A stretch of DNA of 64,000 nucleotides from positions 22,029,722 through 22,093,721 of the forward strand of contig OZ316896.1 of the NCBI GenBank assembly GCA_973895155.1. The letters run 5' to 3'. A program made the position numbers and the translations under genes. Below the pieces are notes generated by a model. The model was not told the origin of the DNA and ran no database searches. It was given only the letters and a program-made list of their open reading frames with translations. Origin of the DNA: Marsupella aquatica (Eukaryota; Plantae; Marchantiophyta). Below are positions 36,678-51,100 of this stretch, piece by piece; position 1 is the stretch's first letter; each line of letters begins with the position of its first letter.

Positions 36678-39239
36678 TTGAGAAAACATTTTTTTTTTTC
36701 TCTTTTGTAAGCCTGCATCCATGGGGGCATTCAACAGGGTGGCACTAAGATCTCATCCATGGGGGCATTCGACAGGGTGGCTCTAAGATCTCAAGGCCTT
36801 TCCAATCCAAGCTAATTGTGATTATGTGTATGGTGGAAGAGGTTGTGCCTTTAGACGAGTGCATTCCATTTGAGATATTTGTTTGTGGGTGATGAACGGA
36901 AAGTGTGGGATCTATAGAAAGCTCGAATTGAGAAGCTTCAGAAGGAATCTTTGAAGGAAGAGACAAACTTAGGGTACAATGATAAGTTTAAAAGTTTTGG
37001 GTGAGAAAGCTTCCTTTGTTGGGGCTTAATGAATGATTAAGATTTGAGGAGTAATATTTGATTGAATACCTTTATTTTACCATCTTGGCAGATCTTCTAG
37101 AGTATCAAATGGTGTGCATGGTCACTGGGAGACAAAAGCAATCCCCGGCCCCCCCCCCCCCCTCCTCTTCTTTCTCCTCGCTTCCCACAAACCCCCAAGT
37201 AGCCCCTGACCCTCCAGTGCATAGCCCCTGCCCATAAACGGTATAGCAGGGAGCACCCCCTCTCCCTGTCCACCAACCCATACCACAAAGCAGAAGCAAA
37301 GAAAGAAATGGGTAAGACACCTCCTACTCAAATGATCTTGATTGTGAGGGTGTTCCACAACACTTGACTTTCTTGTGATTGTGAACATGCAATCTCTCTG
37401 GATGGTAGTCCTACCAGTGCCCTGTCCTCCATCAATATGCTCAGGTGCTGTAAGCTTGGCTCCTTGTTATCAGGTGACAATATGACCTATGCAGGCCCCA
37501 CCTTTTCATTCCATCACTTCAAAAATTTCTGACATCGGTGAGAACAAAGTAAAGCCTACATTTTGTTCATTTTATGGAAGTAGTTAGATCGAAGTAGCAA
37601 AGAAGTGAGTGAGGGGGTAACATAAGTGCAGTTTTGTGAGTCAAAAGTGGGGTTTCAGCAAAGCATGTTTTGGGGAGTTCTTGAGGCCCAACAATGCTGT
37701 ACTTTTCTGCTACTCAGGCCTGCACAAATTGGCCTGCAACAACAGGCAAAGGGGGGGAGAGGTGGGTTTAATCCACAGCCAGTAGCAACTCATCATGTGG
37801 CAGCTGGAAGTTCTAAGTCAATCTGGGAGCCAATCAGATGATTGGAAACTGAGTTACCGATGTTGAGTTAATACTAACCACATATGATTAGGGATCAACT
37901 CAGGTTATCAAACAATTTAGTTTTAGGGATACCTTGGTCAATTCAGCTAGTTTGGGGGACAGCTGAAATAGTTAGTAAAAAGCAAAAAAAATTGGTTATA
38001 ATTGGACCTACTGATTAGTGCAAACATAAACATATAGCACAGTTCCATTTGCAATTAACAAAGGCCAAGCAAGGTATGAAGTCAAGATACTTTACAAATT
38101 TGACAGTTCCATTGCTTTGCAAATTCTCTTATATACTGGCCAAGAATTCCATTGCCCCATTCTGTGTGTCATGACGTGTGGGAATCAATTGGTGCAGCCC
38201 TTGGACTAATTGAAATGTTTAAAAACAACTTGGCAGGCATGTTGCATTCATCATTTTATTCAATTATTTAGACTCTTGTCATAACTTATGTCAACAGGTT
38301 GAAGAGCTGGCAGAGTGCACAAAGTTTATGTGATGCATGCAGTAGATGATTAGAGTTCACTCCATGGTAAACTTTAAGGTTTTCTTTATTTGCTAGAACA
38401 GTGTGAAGGAGGGGACATTCCTTATCTTAATTTCATGGACTAATCTTAGACTCTTAAATCTTCCTACATTTAAGGGGAACCATCAGATTCTGGTTTTTGG
38501 GACTTGGCGAGAAACTACAGTAGCAAACAGCACCCATTAATGAAGCAGGCGAATTTTAGGCCAAAGTACAGTAGCTAAAGCTTTTTCAGAGGTGGAACTC
38601 GAAACGAAATTCTACTAAACAAATACTGGTCCACGCGGAGCTGCAATTTATTGCCTTTGACTTTACTGCTGTAAAAGTTCGACAACTTGACTGCAAAAAG
38701 CATACAGTACTTGACTTTAAGAGGGAGAGATTCTGTTGTGTAAAAGATCTTATATTCCAGACACCACTGTACAGTAGGTGCTAACACAGTGTAGTATGCT
38801 TCAATGTACGTACACCTCCAGTGAGGCCAGCAATCTGAAGTCTGAAAGTTAGTTGATGGCAGGAAGGATCATTCATAGCGTTTGACCTGAGTGACTCCAT
38901 TCAACAAAGTAAAGCAATCCCGAACGTGCTTGGCAATTTCTCGAGACGAAGAAAACGCTGTGCACCGATCAACAAGAAGGTAAGCTCTGCTTCCTGAAGT
39001 GAAGATGCGATGAAACTACGCCCAGAGCGACAAAATGGATCGATTATTGAGAGCAGTCGCTCGTGACATGTTGATTGTAGTCTGATGCCAATGGAAGCAA
39101 GCCTCGCACCGCTTCACTTAACTCTTTGAGCGCATCCAATTGACCTCGTACCGTCCACAATCAACTGGTATTTTGAGGGGGAAGAACTCACAACGGAGGC
39201 TGCTTCATTCCGCTAGACTTGTGCGTGTATGCTGTGTCA

Positions 39240-42200
39240 ATGGCGGAGTTGGTTGCTGCCTTGCCTCTCTTGGGCATCGTCAAAGCTGCGGGGCAGCTTG
39301 TTGCGTCGTTGCAGCAGGTGGACGCCATCAAAAGACACAATCCCGTCATTGCACATGAAATCGAGTACTTTATCAAGTCCTTGAACGACTGCATTGATCT
39401 GCTGAGGAAGCAGCTACCCAACAAGAAATCATGGGCCCTCGGTACGTTTTCTGTACTCAATCACTTTGTCTTCATATACTTAAGGCAATTCTATTTCCCG
39501 TTCTAATTGAAATTGGCACAGTAAGTGCAGATCGACTGATGCAAGAGCCAGCTGCAATGTTAAGTTGCAATTCCCTTGTGTTAACGTAATGTATAACATA
39601 GGCACTGACACTGTTGCGAGGATCCAACTTCATTCTTGCCATTTTCTAGCTACCTAAGTATGGTAACCTAACCCACCTCAACTTGGCATTGGTGGGATTG
39701 CACGGGGCCTTGAACGTAATCAGAATCTTTGGAAACGGATTTGAATGCGGTCACTCGTGACTTGGAGTACAACTTGAAGAAGGGAAGCTTCCGCCAATTT
39801 TGGGATGCAAAGCAGATCAAGGAGAAACTAGAGAGGCTTCGACAGGATCTAATCAATAAGTTCCAAGTGAAGCTATTTGTCACCAGCCTCGAGGTTCGTA
39901 TCTATGGACCTGGCAGACGACTCCTACCGACACTTTGCTTTAAGACCGATGATTGCTTGCGGTACGTGGACATAACCCACAGTTAGTAGGAGCCTTAAGT
40001 CAGATATAAATTCGAGCTCCTTCGTTAATGTCAACCGAACACATGATGATGTTGACGGACCTCGATCCATGAGTAGAGCGTACGTACCTTGAAACGCCAA
40101 ATTAATAGAGACAGTGTAGATTGACTTTCCCGATGTGGCATCGGTATAGTAAATGGCCAGGACTAAACTTGTGCTGAATTTGGACAGGTTACCGTCGATG
40201 CCGATAAGAAAATGGACGGGAAAATGAACGACTTCGGAGCCAGGATGGTGGAACTCTCATCAAACACGGCAAAGAGTCGTGCAGAAACTGTTGAAATCCG
40301 GAAGCTCCTGGAACCGCTAGTGGTGGGAATGAAGAAGCAAGACGATAGGATCCAGTCTTTGGTTTCCATTGTCCGGCAAAACGAAGCGAAAGTTGAAACT
40401 TCATCAGAAACGCAAAAATTTTTGGCAGATGTGAGGACTCCAGAGCTCTGCCCAAATTTGGGTCCGTTCTTTCCGATTGCGGTGGCATTGAACAGCAGTG
40501 CCGATTGGATGTGTCTGAGCAGAAACAAGCATTTGTCAGACATTGCCATTTTTTCGTAGCCCGTACCCTTTTGTTTCTGTAAAACAGTAGAGTAGACTCT
40601 GGAAAGGCTGAGAATCGGCAAATCTATTGCTCCACTGGACTCGCATCCCAGTTTCGGTATTCGATAAGAATTTTTCCGGTTTGTGTAAACCATACTTTTC
40701 GTTTTTGCACAGCGGCGATTCAGAAGGTGCACTTTGTTGAATGCGTTTTATTATCTACCTTACAGGCTAGGTACCAAATCGCAGACATAATTTGGTTCCA
40801 TGGTTAAAAATCTTTGAGAAACATCCACGCTGTTAGAAGGAAAAACAATTAGAATCCTTCGATGGTACATCATTGAGCATGTATTAAGTGGATGCCAATG
40901 AAGACTTTTTTAGACCGGTCAGAACTAAGGATGCAGGCCCTGCAAAGTCAAATTTTAATGTCTAGCTAGACGTTGTAAGGTCTTGGGCTGGGCTGCTCAG
41001 CTTTCGACTAGATCACGGGCCCACGAAAGACACCGATAAAGAAACATTCTAGGCATTTGCGCAGTTTTCCATCTAGTGATATCCATCGTATTGATTTGTC
41101 GTATGGGATATGATGGACTCCCCTCCAAGAGCCATGATGTCACAAAGTGTAGCTGCCTTAGTCTTGCTTCTCCATTGTTACACGGCCATTTGATCGTCAT
41201 TGTGGAGAGTCCTGATCTCATGTGTTTTGTGCTGGGTCCTATGAATGCAGGTGTTGGCGAGCTTACAAGATCTGGCTGTAGACGAAGGACCTTCTTCGAG
41301 ACCATCTTCTTCGAGACCAACACCAGCAGAGGATGACTACGACGACTACCTCGACCCCATCACCGCCGAATTGATTATTGATCCTGTCAAATGTACTGAT
41401 GGAGAAACTTACGACAGGAGCACGGTTTTCAAGAATAATATGACTCAGCAAAAGCAATTGGTTATTTTGTGTGGCGATGAATCTATGCGGAAGCGCCTGT
41501 TCAGAAAATTTCCGGACGTAGAAAGAAGGTTTTACAGTCAGCGCAAGTCCTACCGGGATGAAGGCCTCGGATTAGCTAACACAGGCCATAGCGCCGAAGC
41601 ATTGACAATGCTGAAAAATGTGTTGCAGTGGGCCCCAAACGACAACGAGTGCCGCCGAAAGACAGACGAACTGCAGCTTGTCCTTGAAATGTCCAAGCTG
41701 GAGGAAAACAACCTGGAGAAACAGAAGGTTGTGGATATGTCCAGGCTGGAGCAAAAGACAGTTTTGGACAGCAACCTGTTTCATGTTCCCGATAGCGACC
41801 GGTTTCGGGTTGTCGTGAGCAACCTGGAAAACAAGAAGGTTGTGAATCCATAAATCCTTGTTCATTTTCAAATTTCTTTATAACAAGAGACAGTTGTCTA
41901 ATTTTAGAGTCAAACTAACACGTTTGTTTCTGAAAAATAAATATATGCAATATCATAATTGACCACTGTTAAGTAGAAAGTTTCTATTCCGAGACAACAG
42001 CAGGACAGATATATACTGGTAATTGGTCTGTGACTCAATTTCCATCAGTCCCACTGGATTCCAATGAATCGTCTGCACTCTAGAAGTAATTTGCTGGAGC
42101 AGATACAAGTGTGGGGGTCAGAATGCTCTGAAAGTGGTTTGTCGACTTTGTTCAGGGCAGTACCATACCACAGAATGGAAGAGAGAACGTCTACCACACA

Positions 42201-45200
42201 AATGTATCTTGTGACGAGTGTTTAATGGACCCCATAAAGGGGCCAAGATTCCAGTCTATGGTACGACACGACTACGATCTGTGTCTCAGCTGTTTCGACA
42301 AACGGGGTCGCACAAAACGAGATTTCAAACGTCTGGATCTACCTTCTGTACGTAACCCCAAGCTACTGACCTCTAGCAAGAATTTTGATTGTTCTTGATT
42401 TTCTGAGCAGCTGCAAGTTTAGGGGGTCAGAATGCTCTGAAAGTGGGTTCTCGACTTTGTTTTCACTATAAAAGAGAAGATGAATCATGTGATTACATTG
42501 AGAAACTAAGTCTACTACGGTAAATTTCACACTGAATCATCGTGAGCAATTCAAAGCTACAGCCTTAATTATTTACGCTGACAGTGGTCAAGCCTGGTTG
42601 ACAGGAATTTCGAGGTTTGTGATCTGGATGTTGCGTTTTGTGATGTTTCTGAATCAAACCAATATCCTCTTTTATTTTCTTTAATCAGTGGCAGTACGTT
42701 GCGCCACTTTGAATTGGCTTGGTTTCGGGCTTGGTTTGTTCTTTGAAGTGTTATTCAATTTTGGTTACTTAGATTGCATGATCATTTTTACTGGTTACTC
42801 AATACCACCTCTAGGAAAAGAAGCCGTGCACTTTTACTATAACGTTGCGTTGATAACCTCGATTGAGTGTGTAGGAGGTTGTGGAAATGTCCAAACTGGA
42901 GAAAGAGAAGGTTGTGGAGAGCAAGCTGGAGAAACAGAAGATTGTGAGTAACAACCTGGAGAACAAGAAGATTGTGAATCCATAAATCCTTGTTCATTTT
43001 CAAATTTCTTTACAGCAAAGAGACAGTTGTCTAATTTTAGAGTCAAACTAACACGTTTGTTTCTGAAAAATAAATATATATGCAATATCATAATTGACCA
43101 ATGTTAAGTAGAAAGTTTCTACTCCGAGACAACAGCAGGACAGACATATACTGGTAATTGGTCTGTGACTCAATTTCCATCAGTCCCACTGGATTCTAAT
43201 GAATCATCTGCCCTCTAGAAGTAATTTGCTGGAGCAGATTCAAGTGTGGGGTTCAGAATGCTCTGAAAGTGATTTGTCGACTTTGTTCAGGGCAGTACCA
43301 TACCACAGAATGGAAGAGGGAACGTCTACCACACGAATGTATCTTGTGACGAGTGTTTAATGGACCCCATAAAGGGGCCAAGATTCCAGTCTATGGTACG
43401 ACACGACTACGATCTGTGTCTCAGCTGTTTCGACAAACGGGGTCGCACAAAACGAGACAAACAAGGCTTCTTACGTCTGGATCTACCTTCTGTACGTAAC
43501 CCCACGCTACTGACCTCTAGCAAGAATTTTGATTGTTCTTGATTTACTGAGCAGCTGCAAGTTTAGGGGGTCAGAATGCTCTGAAAGTGGGTTCTCGACT
43601 TTGTTCTCACTATAAAAGAGAAGATGAATCATGTGATTACATTGAGAAACTAAGTCTACTACGGCAAATTTCACACTGAATCATCGTTAGCAATTCAAAG
43701 CTACAGCTTTAATTATTTTCGCTGACAGTAGTCAAGCTCGATTGACAGGAATTTCGAGGTTTGTGATCTGGATGTTGCGTTTTGTGATATTTCTGAATCA
43801 AACCAATATCCTCTCTTATTTTCTTTAAGTAGTGGCAGTCCGTTGCGCCTTACTTTGAATTGGCTTGGTTTGTTCTTTGAAGTGTTATTTAATTTTGGTT
43901 ACTTAGATTGCATGATCGTTTTTAGCGGCTAATGGATACCACCTCTAGGAAAAGAAGCCGTGCACCTTTACTATAACGTTGCGGTGATAACCTCGATTGA
44001 ATGTGTAGGAGGTTGTGGAAATGTCCAAACTGGAGAAAGAGAAGGTTGTGGAGAGCAAGCTGGAGAAACAGAAGATTGTGAGTAACAACCTGGAGAACAA
44101 GAAGATTGTGAATGCATAAATCCTTGTTTATTGTTTATTTTTCTGAATAAAGACATACGTATCTAATGTTAGCGACAAATAAAAACGTTCTCTTCTGACG
44201 TTATATTTTTGGAAAATCGTAATTGGCCAATGTTAGAAGTTTTTAGTCCGAGAAAATAGGATTACAGATGCGGTTGGGGGTCAGAATTCTCTGAAAGTGG
44301 TCTCTCCACTTTGCATGATCAGGGCGGTATTGTACCACAGAATTCGACAGCAGAGATTTTGAGGAACGTCCACCACACGAATGTAACTTGTGACGAGTGT
44401 TTGATGAACCCCATAAAGGGGCCGAGATTCAAGTCTACGGTACGACTCGACTTCGATCTGTGTCTCAGCTGTTTCGACAAACGCGGTCGCACAAAACGAG
44501 ACTTCTTACGTCTGGATCTACCTTCTGTACGTAACCCCAAGAATTTTGATTGTTCGTAATGCCAGTTTCGTCTGATCATGCCACAGTCTGTACACGGTGT
44601 GTTAATCACGATTTGAAGGAGTTTCGGATATTAAAAAACGAGCGCATCCATGATCCGCCTTTTCTAATATAAACTTGACACTTATTTATTCAAAGATGTT
44701 AATAGAAGAAAGATCATGATTGCAGAGAGCACGAAAAGGTCAGAATTTCAAGGTGCATGCATTACATGAATTCTGAATGGGATCTTAAGGGCAGAATTTT
44801 TATCTGCTTACGATTCTGGAAAATGTGCACCCATAGGGACCTTTGATTTAATTGCTCTTGAATCTGTAGTGTTGAGGCTGTCGTAGTCTCCAAATATGCA
44901 TTTTCGCAATAAAAGAGAAGATGAGTGTGATTACATTTAGAAACGAAGTCTATGACTGTAATAGACCAAGTACAAGTAAATTTCACACTGAATCATCTTT
45001 AGGATTTCAAAGCAACAGCCTCGCTGACAGTGGTCAAGCCCGGTTGAGTAGGAATTTTCACAATTGATGTCTGTGATGTGTATCTTGTGTTTTGTAATAT
45101 TTCTGAATCACATCAATATCCTCTGTATTTTCTGTATTAGCATTCCGTTGCACATTACTTTGGCTTGCTCTTCGAAGTAATTAAATTTGGTAATTTGAAT

Positions 45201-46578
45201 TGGACGGATGAGCCTCACGGGTTCCCGGAAAAGAAAGTTGTAGAGAGTAGGCTGGAGAAACAGAAGGGTGTGGGTAACGGCCCGAAGAACAAGAACTTGG
45301 TTGTGAATGGATAAATCCTTTTTTAATTTTCCCTGACATAATTATTTAAACTGAGTGTCAAACCGAAATGTTTTTTTCTGAAAGTTCATGTTTCGGATGA
45401 TCATAATTGACCAATTAATGTTAGAAAGTTTCTGCTTCGAGACAACAGGAGGTCATAAGATTTACCCTTACTAGTAATCGGTTTCAGTTTCAATTTCCTT
45501 TAGACCCACTGGATTCCAATGAATCATCTGTATGCTCGAAGCAATTCGTAGCTGCTGAAAGTTTAGAGGATGATCGAGAATGTTCTGAAATTGGGTTCTT
45601 GACTTTGTTCAGGGCAGTACTATACCAGAGACAACGGCAGAGCGTTCGACGCACGCCTACCACACGAATGTAACTTGTAATGACTGCTTAACGAACCCCA
45701 TAGAGGGGCCGAGATTCAAGTCTATGGAACGATCCAACTACAATCTGTGTCTGACCTGCTTCGACAAACACGGTCGCACAAACCGAGACAAACAAGGCTT
45801 CTTACGTCTGGATTTACCTTCTGTACGTAACCCCACCGACCGACCTCTTGTATGATTTTGATTAATATTCTTAATGACAGTTTCGTCTTATAGTACAAAA
45901 GCTCTGGAAGGTTTGTCAAAGCATGATATTCCCGTGTGAAGGTTATCAGATGCTAAAGACATAGCGCATGATCTTCCTTCTCTAATAGAAAACATGAGTA
46001 AGCTGGATTAGTGAAAGATGGTGAAGAAAGACATTGCAACATTTTAATCTGCTTCGATCATGGACAACGTTCACCACCCGGTTCACTCATGGAAGCCTTT
46101 GCCAAGTTTATGTGCCCTTGTGATGTATCTGAAGCGTTGAGCCTGTCCTCGTCTCTCAACGATATATTTTCGTTTTCATTCACTATAAAAGAGAAGATGA
46201 ATTTGATTACATTTAGAAACAAAGTCTAAGACGGTAATAGAGAACCAGTACCATCAAATTTTCACACAGAATCATCGTTAGGAATTCAAAGCTACAGTCT
46301 TAATTATTTACGTGAGGGTTGTCAAGCCCGTTTGTGCAAAGAATTTCGATGATGTGACGTGTATCTTAAGTTTTGCGAAACTTCTGAATCAAATCAATAT
46401 CCTCTTTTATATTCTGTACTGGCAGTCCGAATAATTTTACTTTGGCGTGTTCTATTTCTGAACTCTTTTCCAGGCCGAGGACAGCGACGAAGACAGCGAA
46501 GAGGACAGCGACGAGGACAGCGACGAGGACAGCGACGAGGACCTCGACGAGTCCAGCGACGAGTACAGCGATTTCTAA
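39240..46578 (+). CDS. Multidomain protein: N-terminal helical bundle, U-box, TPR-like helices, four NBR1-type ZZ fingers, acidic tail
   Basis: Exons 39240-39441, 39724-39893, 40188-40430, 41251-41814 (U-box DPITAELIIDPVKCTDGETYDRS); ZZ exons 42156-42347, 43291-43491, 44323-44526, 45613-45822; linker exons 42875-42943, 44009-44077; final exon 46474-46578 (AEDSDEDSEE...DF*). GT-AG junctions are frame-compatible. Splicing is inferred. Confidence 0.7.
41790..46420 (+). repeat. Four tandem ~1.1-1.3-kb genomic units, each containing a ZZ exon
   Basis: Repeated intron and exon text; period 1135 bp between ZZ1 and ZZ2; units 3 and 4 are more diverged. Confidence 0.9.
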
Positions 46579-48113
46579 AGCGAGTTCAACGCAGCCACAT
46601 TCTAACTTTCTAAAGCTTGAGTAATTTTATGCCTATAAACTCATTAGCGTTATCCATGGCAGGCCAATCCCGAGGCCAATATTGGGGATGTCTCAAGTAC
46701 TATAGCTGCAGAGTCTAAACACTGCACTGTCTTACTAGCTCTAAAGGATTCGTAATGTGTGGAATGTGTGTCACAATTGGTATGATTGCATGCCAAGCAC
46801 TAGCTAGCTAGCTCGGTCGAGCCCAGTGAGGGTCTTATCACACACTGCACATACAAAACCACTGAGCATCATTTGACACTCTCCATTAATCAATAAGTGC
46901 TGATGCAAATCTGTTGTTGACCATCGTTCACGTGTTCACTTGCAGGATCTGCATCATCTCCTTGTATCCTGTTGAGCATCCCAGCCTGTGGCCATCCCAT
47001 TTGTGTGGCTGCTGGTAATGTCTGAAATTAAGACACAAGTTCTCAGGAGCAAATCGATTTCTCATCCATCCATGTCACCAAATTGGAGGATAGTATACGT
47101 AGGGGCCAAACCAACTGAAGCTACCCAACAAAGCAAGTTGTGCTTCGATCAGATAACAGTAGGTGTCCACAAGGCTTGTTTTAACAAAGTTGCTTTCAGA
47201 GGAACGAGATTTCGATTAAACCCCTTGATTGATGGTAGTAGTCATTTACACACATTATCAAATGCCGTGTAGGAATACTTCTTAAACAAGTTAGTATTGG
47301 TTTAAGTATAAAGGAGCCTAAAGTTAACCATATATTTTACCTAACTACATTTTTTGCACGCCATCTTAGTTTAATGTAACAACTTACATGTTTACACAAC
47401 AACATCTTCTGCGCAACAATGTCTGGTTGAATTCGTGTTAAATAACAATGGAGTATAATGAACATTGTCTTAGCCATGTCTAAGCCAATGCTTGGGTCAA
47501 ATATGTATGATTTCTTATTAGTTAGTTTATATTGTCTGGGATTAATAAGATCTATACTAGGACTAGGAAAATGTTTCTGAGACACACAATGCTCGTAGAG
47601 ATAGAGTAGGTTAATCGCAGGGGGCTCTCATGATTTTAAAGTGATTAACACAACTGAAGTACTACGGTGTTAAGGGGACAAACGAGTTCTGCCGTATGGA
47701 CAAGTGATTGGTGCATTGTAAGCTTGTGGTCCTTGTGGTGTAGTTGGCCTCCTCCTCCCTTAGTCTAGCCCTCCTTCTCCTAATAGTATGCTTCCTATTT
47801 TGGCAACTGTCCATGCCCTCCACCTCACGAACTCTAGTATGGCTACTCTCGTGGCTACTTTGTCCAATAAACCCAAAATTTCAAATGCTTCTAACTTTAT
47901 ATTATCACAGGTTTGTTTCATAACAGTGGCACATAATTGGAATTAGGTTTTCAAGCTCGTTGCAATGAACATTATAAACCAGCATGATATTGAGTCTCGG
48001 AAATACCATCTGTCCTTAAACCACCACTGGCCATATAAAAGGAGGAGTGTCCAAAACTTCTCCTTTTTTCACATCTCTCTCCTCTACTAAGTCCAAAAGG
48101 AATATACACATAC

Positions 48114-51100
48114 TTTTTACAGAAAAAGGCCAAATAGAGTACAAAAGAATAAACAAGAGAGGTCTCAAGTGGACAAAACCAAACACAAAAGAAGTGAGCA
48201 AAAGGAAACCCTAAAAACCAAGAAAGAGGAACTAATAGAAGTGAGCAAAAGGAAACCCCTAAAAACCAAGAAAGAGGAACTAAAACTACCCCAAATGGAC
48301 CGTGGTCATCATCATACCTAGCAAATGTGGCAACAAGCTAGTGGTCTACATCAAGTGTCGAAACTAGATCGGCAAGTGGGACAGGAATGTCCTCTAGGGG
48401 GGCTAGCCGCTGCGGAGTCACACTAGCACCCACTGTCAGAGATCGACAATAGACGGCCCGAGCTTGAGCACGTTGTAAGGTGACTGAAATGCGTTGGCGA
48501 AAGTGCGTGGTCAAAACAGATAGCGGGGGCCCGGTGGGACCCATCCGGCCGTGAACATCCCGAGCAGCTTGGCGAAGAAGCCCGTCGAACTGATGATGGA
48601 GACGCCCAAATATCTCAAGAGCAAGGGGCAAGAAGCTATCAGATGAAGCTCGTGCAGCATATTTGGCCTCCTTCGTTGTTGCTGCTCGTGATGCTGCTGC
48701 CCCTGCTGTTGTTGCCATTGTCCCAATGATGTCTTGACGCAATGGGTTTGCCACCACTACATCTGCCAAAGTACGGTGACCTTCACGGACCATGGTGAGA
48801 TCCACCTGTACGTAACCGCTGTGATGGAGGACCAGGTAACTCGAGCACCACCTCCCGCCGTGCGCAAACCAAAGAGCCAGAGAGAACCTGAGCAGTCGCA
48901 TCTCTCACAGCGTCGTGAACAAAAATGGTTTCGCCGCCCAAACTACATCGAAGAAGATGGACACCTGTGGCATCACAAGGCTTCTCACAAGTGCAAGTAG
49001 GAGGTAAACCAGCAAGAAGTGGGTGGGGCAAGCCCATACGAAGATGCATGGCTGTCGCAAACTCCGCTGAAGACATCCGTAGGTGAGGAATGACTGGATT
49101 GGCCTGAAGCCAACCTCCTGCGCCCTTCCCTCCAGAGGAAAGAATCCGAGCTCGGTCCGTGTTAGGTGCCTTGGTGAGGATGCTGGAGAGGGTGAAAGCG
49201 TGCATACGCCCAGCAAGGTCTGCCTGAAGACGGACGGGGTCCAAGGATAAAAACTCCTGGAATGAAGGTAACGCAGCTCGAACAGGATCGGGTAATGATG
49301 ACCGCGCCGTGCGCAAATGAACCTGAAATGGGAGGGAACCCTCCTCGACCTCCATGAGAGACGAAAGTAAAAAAGGTCGATCCTTAGTAAGGAAACGATC
49401 TGCCAACAATGAGAAGGCGGCCGCCCACGCGCCCAAGAAGGCCAAAGGTGCAAGGTGCTCAGTGGAAGTAAGCCCAAAACCACCGTGAGAAATAGGAAGA
49501 CTGAGCTGTCGATGAAGCCATGGAGATGAGAGCAAAGTACCTGGCCCTAAAAGAGAGGCCAAAGTCTCACGAATGGAGACATCAAACGCTCGGAGGTGTA
49601 GATAAAGATCCTCGGTAGGGGGATGTGTCCGAGCCAAATAGGACGCACGAGGGTGGATGCATCTCAACAACAACCCAAATGCTGCCTGAGAGTCTGCTAA
49701 CTTAGGGAGCATAGGAGTAGGGGCTAAGGTAGCCTAGAGAGCATCAGCAATGAAAGATGAGCAAAAGGAGGCGGTACCGACTAGGGAGCCAAGGACCCGA
49801 AGACCGTCGGCTGGACGTAAGAACCCAGGGGGAAGCGCAAGATCAGAGGGTAACCCAGCTGGACTCCATGCATGACTCTTCACCGGCTGAACCCGTAAAC
49901 CGAGGCCCAACAAATGGGTGGAAAGGGTGGCGAGGGCAGAAGTAACAGCAACAGGTGGACCAATGATGTGGGTGTCATCTGAAAGGGAGGGGAAGATACA
50001 CTGGGGGTGGGCCGCGGAGGCTTCCCGTAAAGCAATAAAATGGGCAATGGCAAAAAGAGGCCCACCCAAAGTTAGGGTCACCCTGACGTGTACCTTCTGT
50101 AGAAGAAAGAGTGGTATACACTCCTGTAGAGGTGTGATGACTATAGAAGAGGGGGGCCTCGAACCCATAAAAACAACGGACAATGGGGATAAGGGACTGG
50201 ATGTCTAGATCCGCTGCCCTCAAAGCACGAAAAATTGCTGCCCGAGAAACCGTATTGAAAGCATTGGAGACATCAACCTGGAGGACAACCCAATCAGGGT
50301 GGAGGTCCAAGGTAGTACGAATACCCGCAATAACCGTCTCACAACCGCCAGGAACGCCCACTGCAAACTGATGTGGAGAGAGATGATCCGATAGTGCAGA
50401 GAATACTGCGATAAAAGTGTGTGAGACACCAGACGAAGAAAAACCTCTCCAATAGCTATGGGTTGAACACCCGGTGAAGACTTAGCCATGGCCAATAAAC
50501 GAGAAGCATTCAAAAGCCGAGAGACGGGAGGAGGCAAACGGCCGGCAGCAATACACTGGCAAAAGGAGAAGAAAACTGGAAAACCAGACTGAGGATCCTC
50601 AGGGGGAATAAATCACGAAAATGCTCAAAGACATAGCCAGAGGGGCCACCAGCCGTGCAACGCGGACCATGGAGGAAAGCATAGGTGAAGTGGTCCCTAC
50701 TAAACTGAAGATCCTCCTCAGGCTCAAAATCCTCCATGAACAAAGGGAGCTAATCATAGGGCTGCGGATGGAGATCCTGAAGGGCCGTCAAGGTGACCTC
50801 GCCAGGGGGGCTGGTGTGGTGGGATAAAAGGCCTGGAACGCACGACGATATTCACCAGCCTGGGCTAAATGACAAGAGCGACGAAGGCGTCTATGCTCTG
50901 GAGGATGAGAGTGGTGAGCTGGGTCAGACAAAGCACGGGTAGTAAAGGAACGGGCTCAAAGAAAGTACTCTTCCTGAAGCTGTTACCAATCTCCCCGCAG
51001 AAAACAATGGATACGAGAGGCAGTCTCACGGTGACCCACGCGACCACTATGACTAGGGAGGGTAAGAGTCCACTGTGGAAAAAGCATGAGTAAAGACCAT

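Noticed and set aside
46359-46624. Arg-rich (RRGQ)n and (RTAT)n ORFs
   Set aside because: Alternative frames of a 12-bp repeat; the splice-compatible frame gives the acidic EDSD tail of the U-box/ZZ gene.
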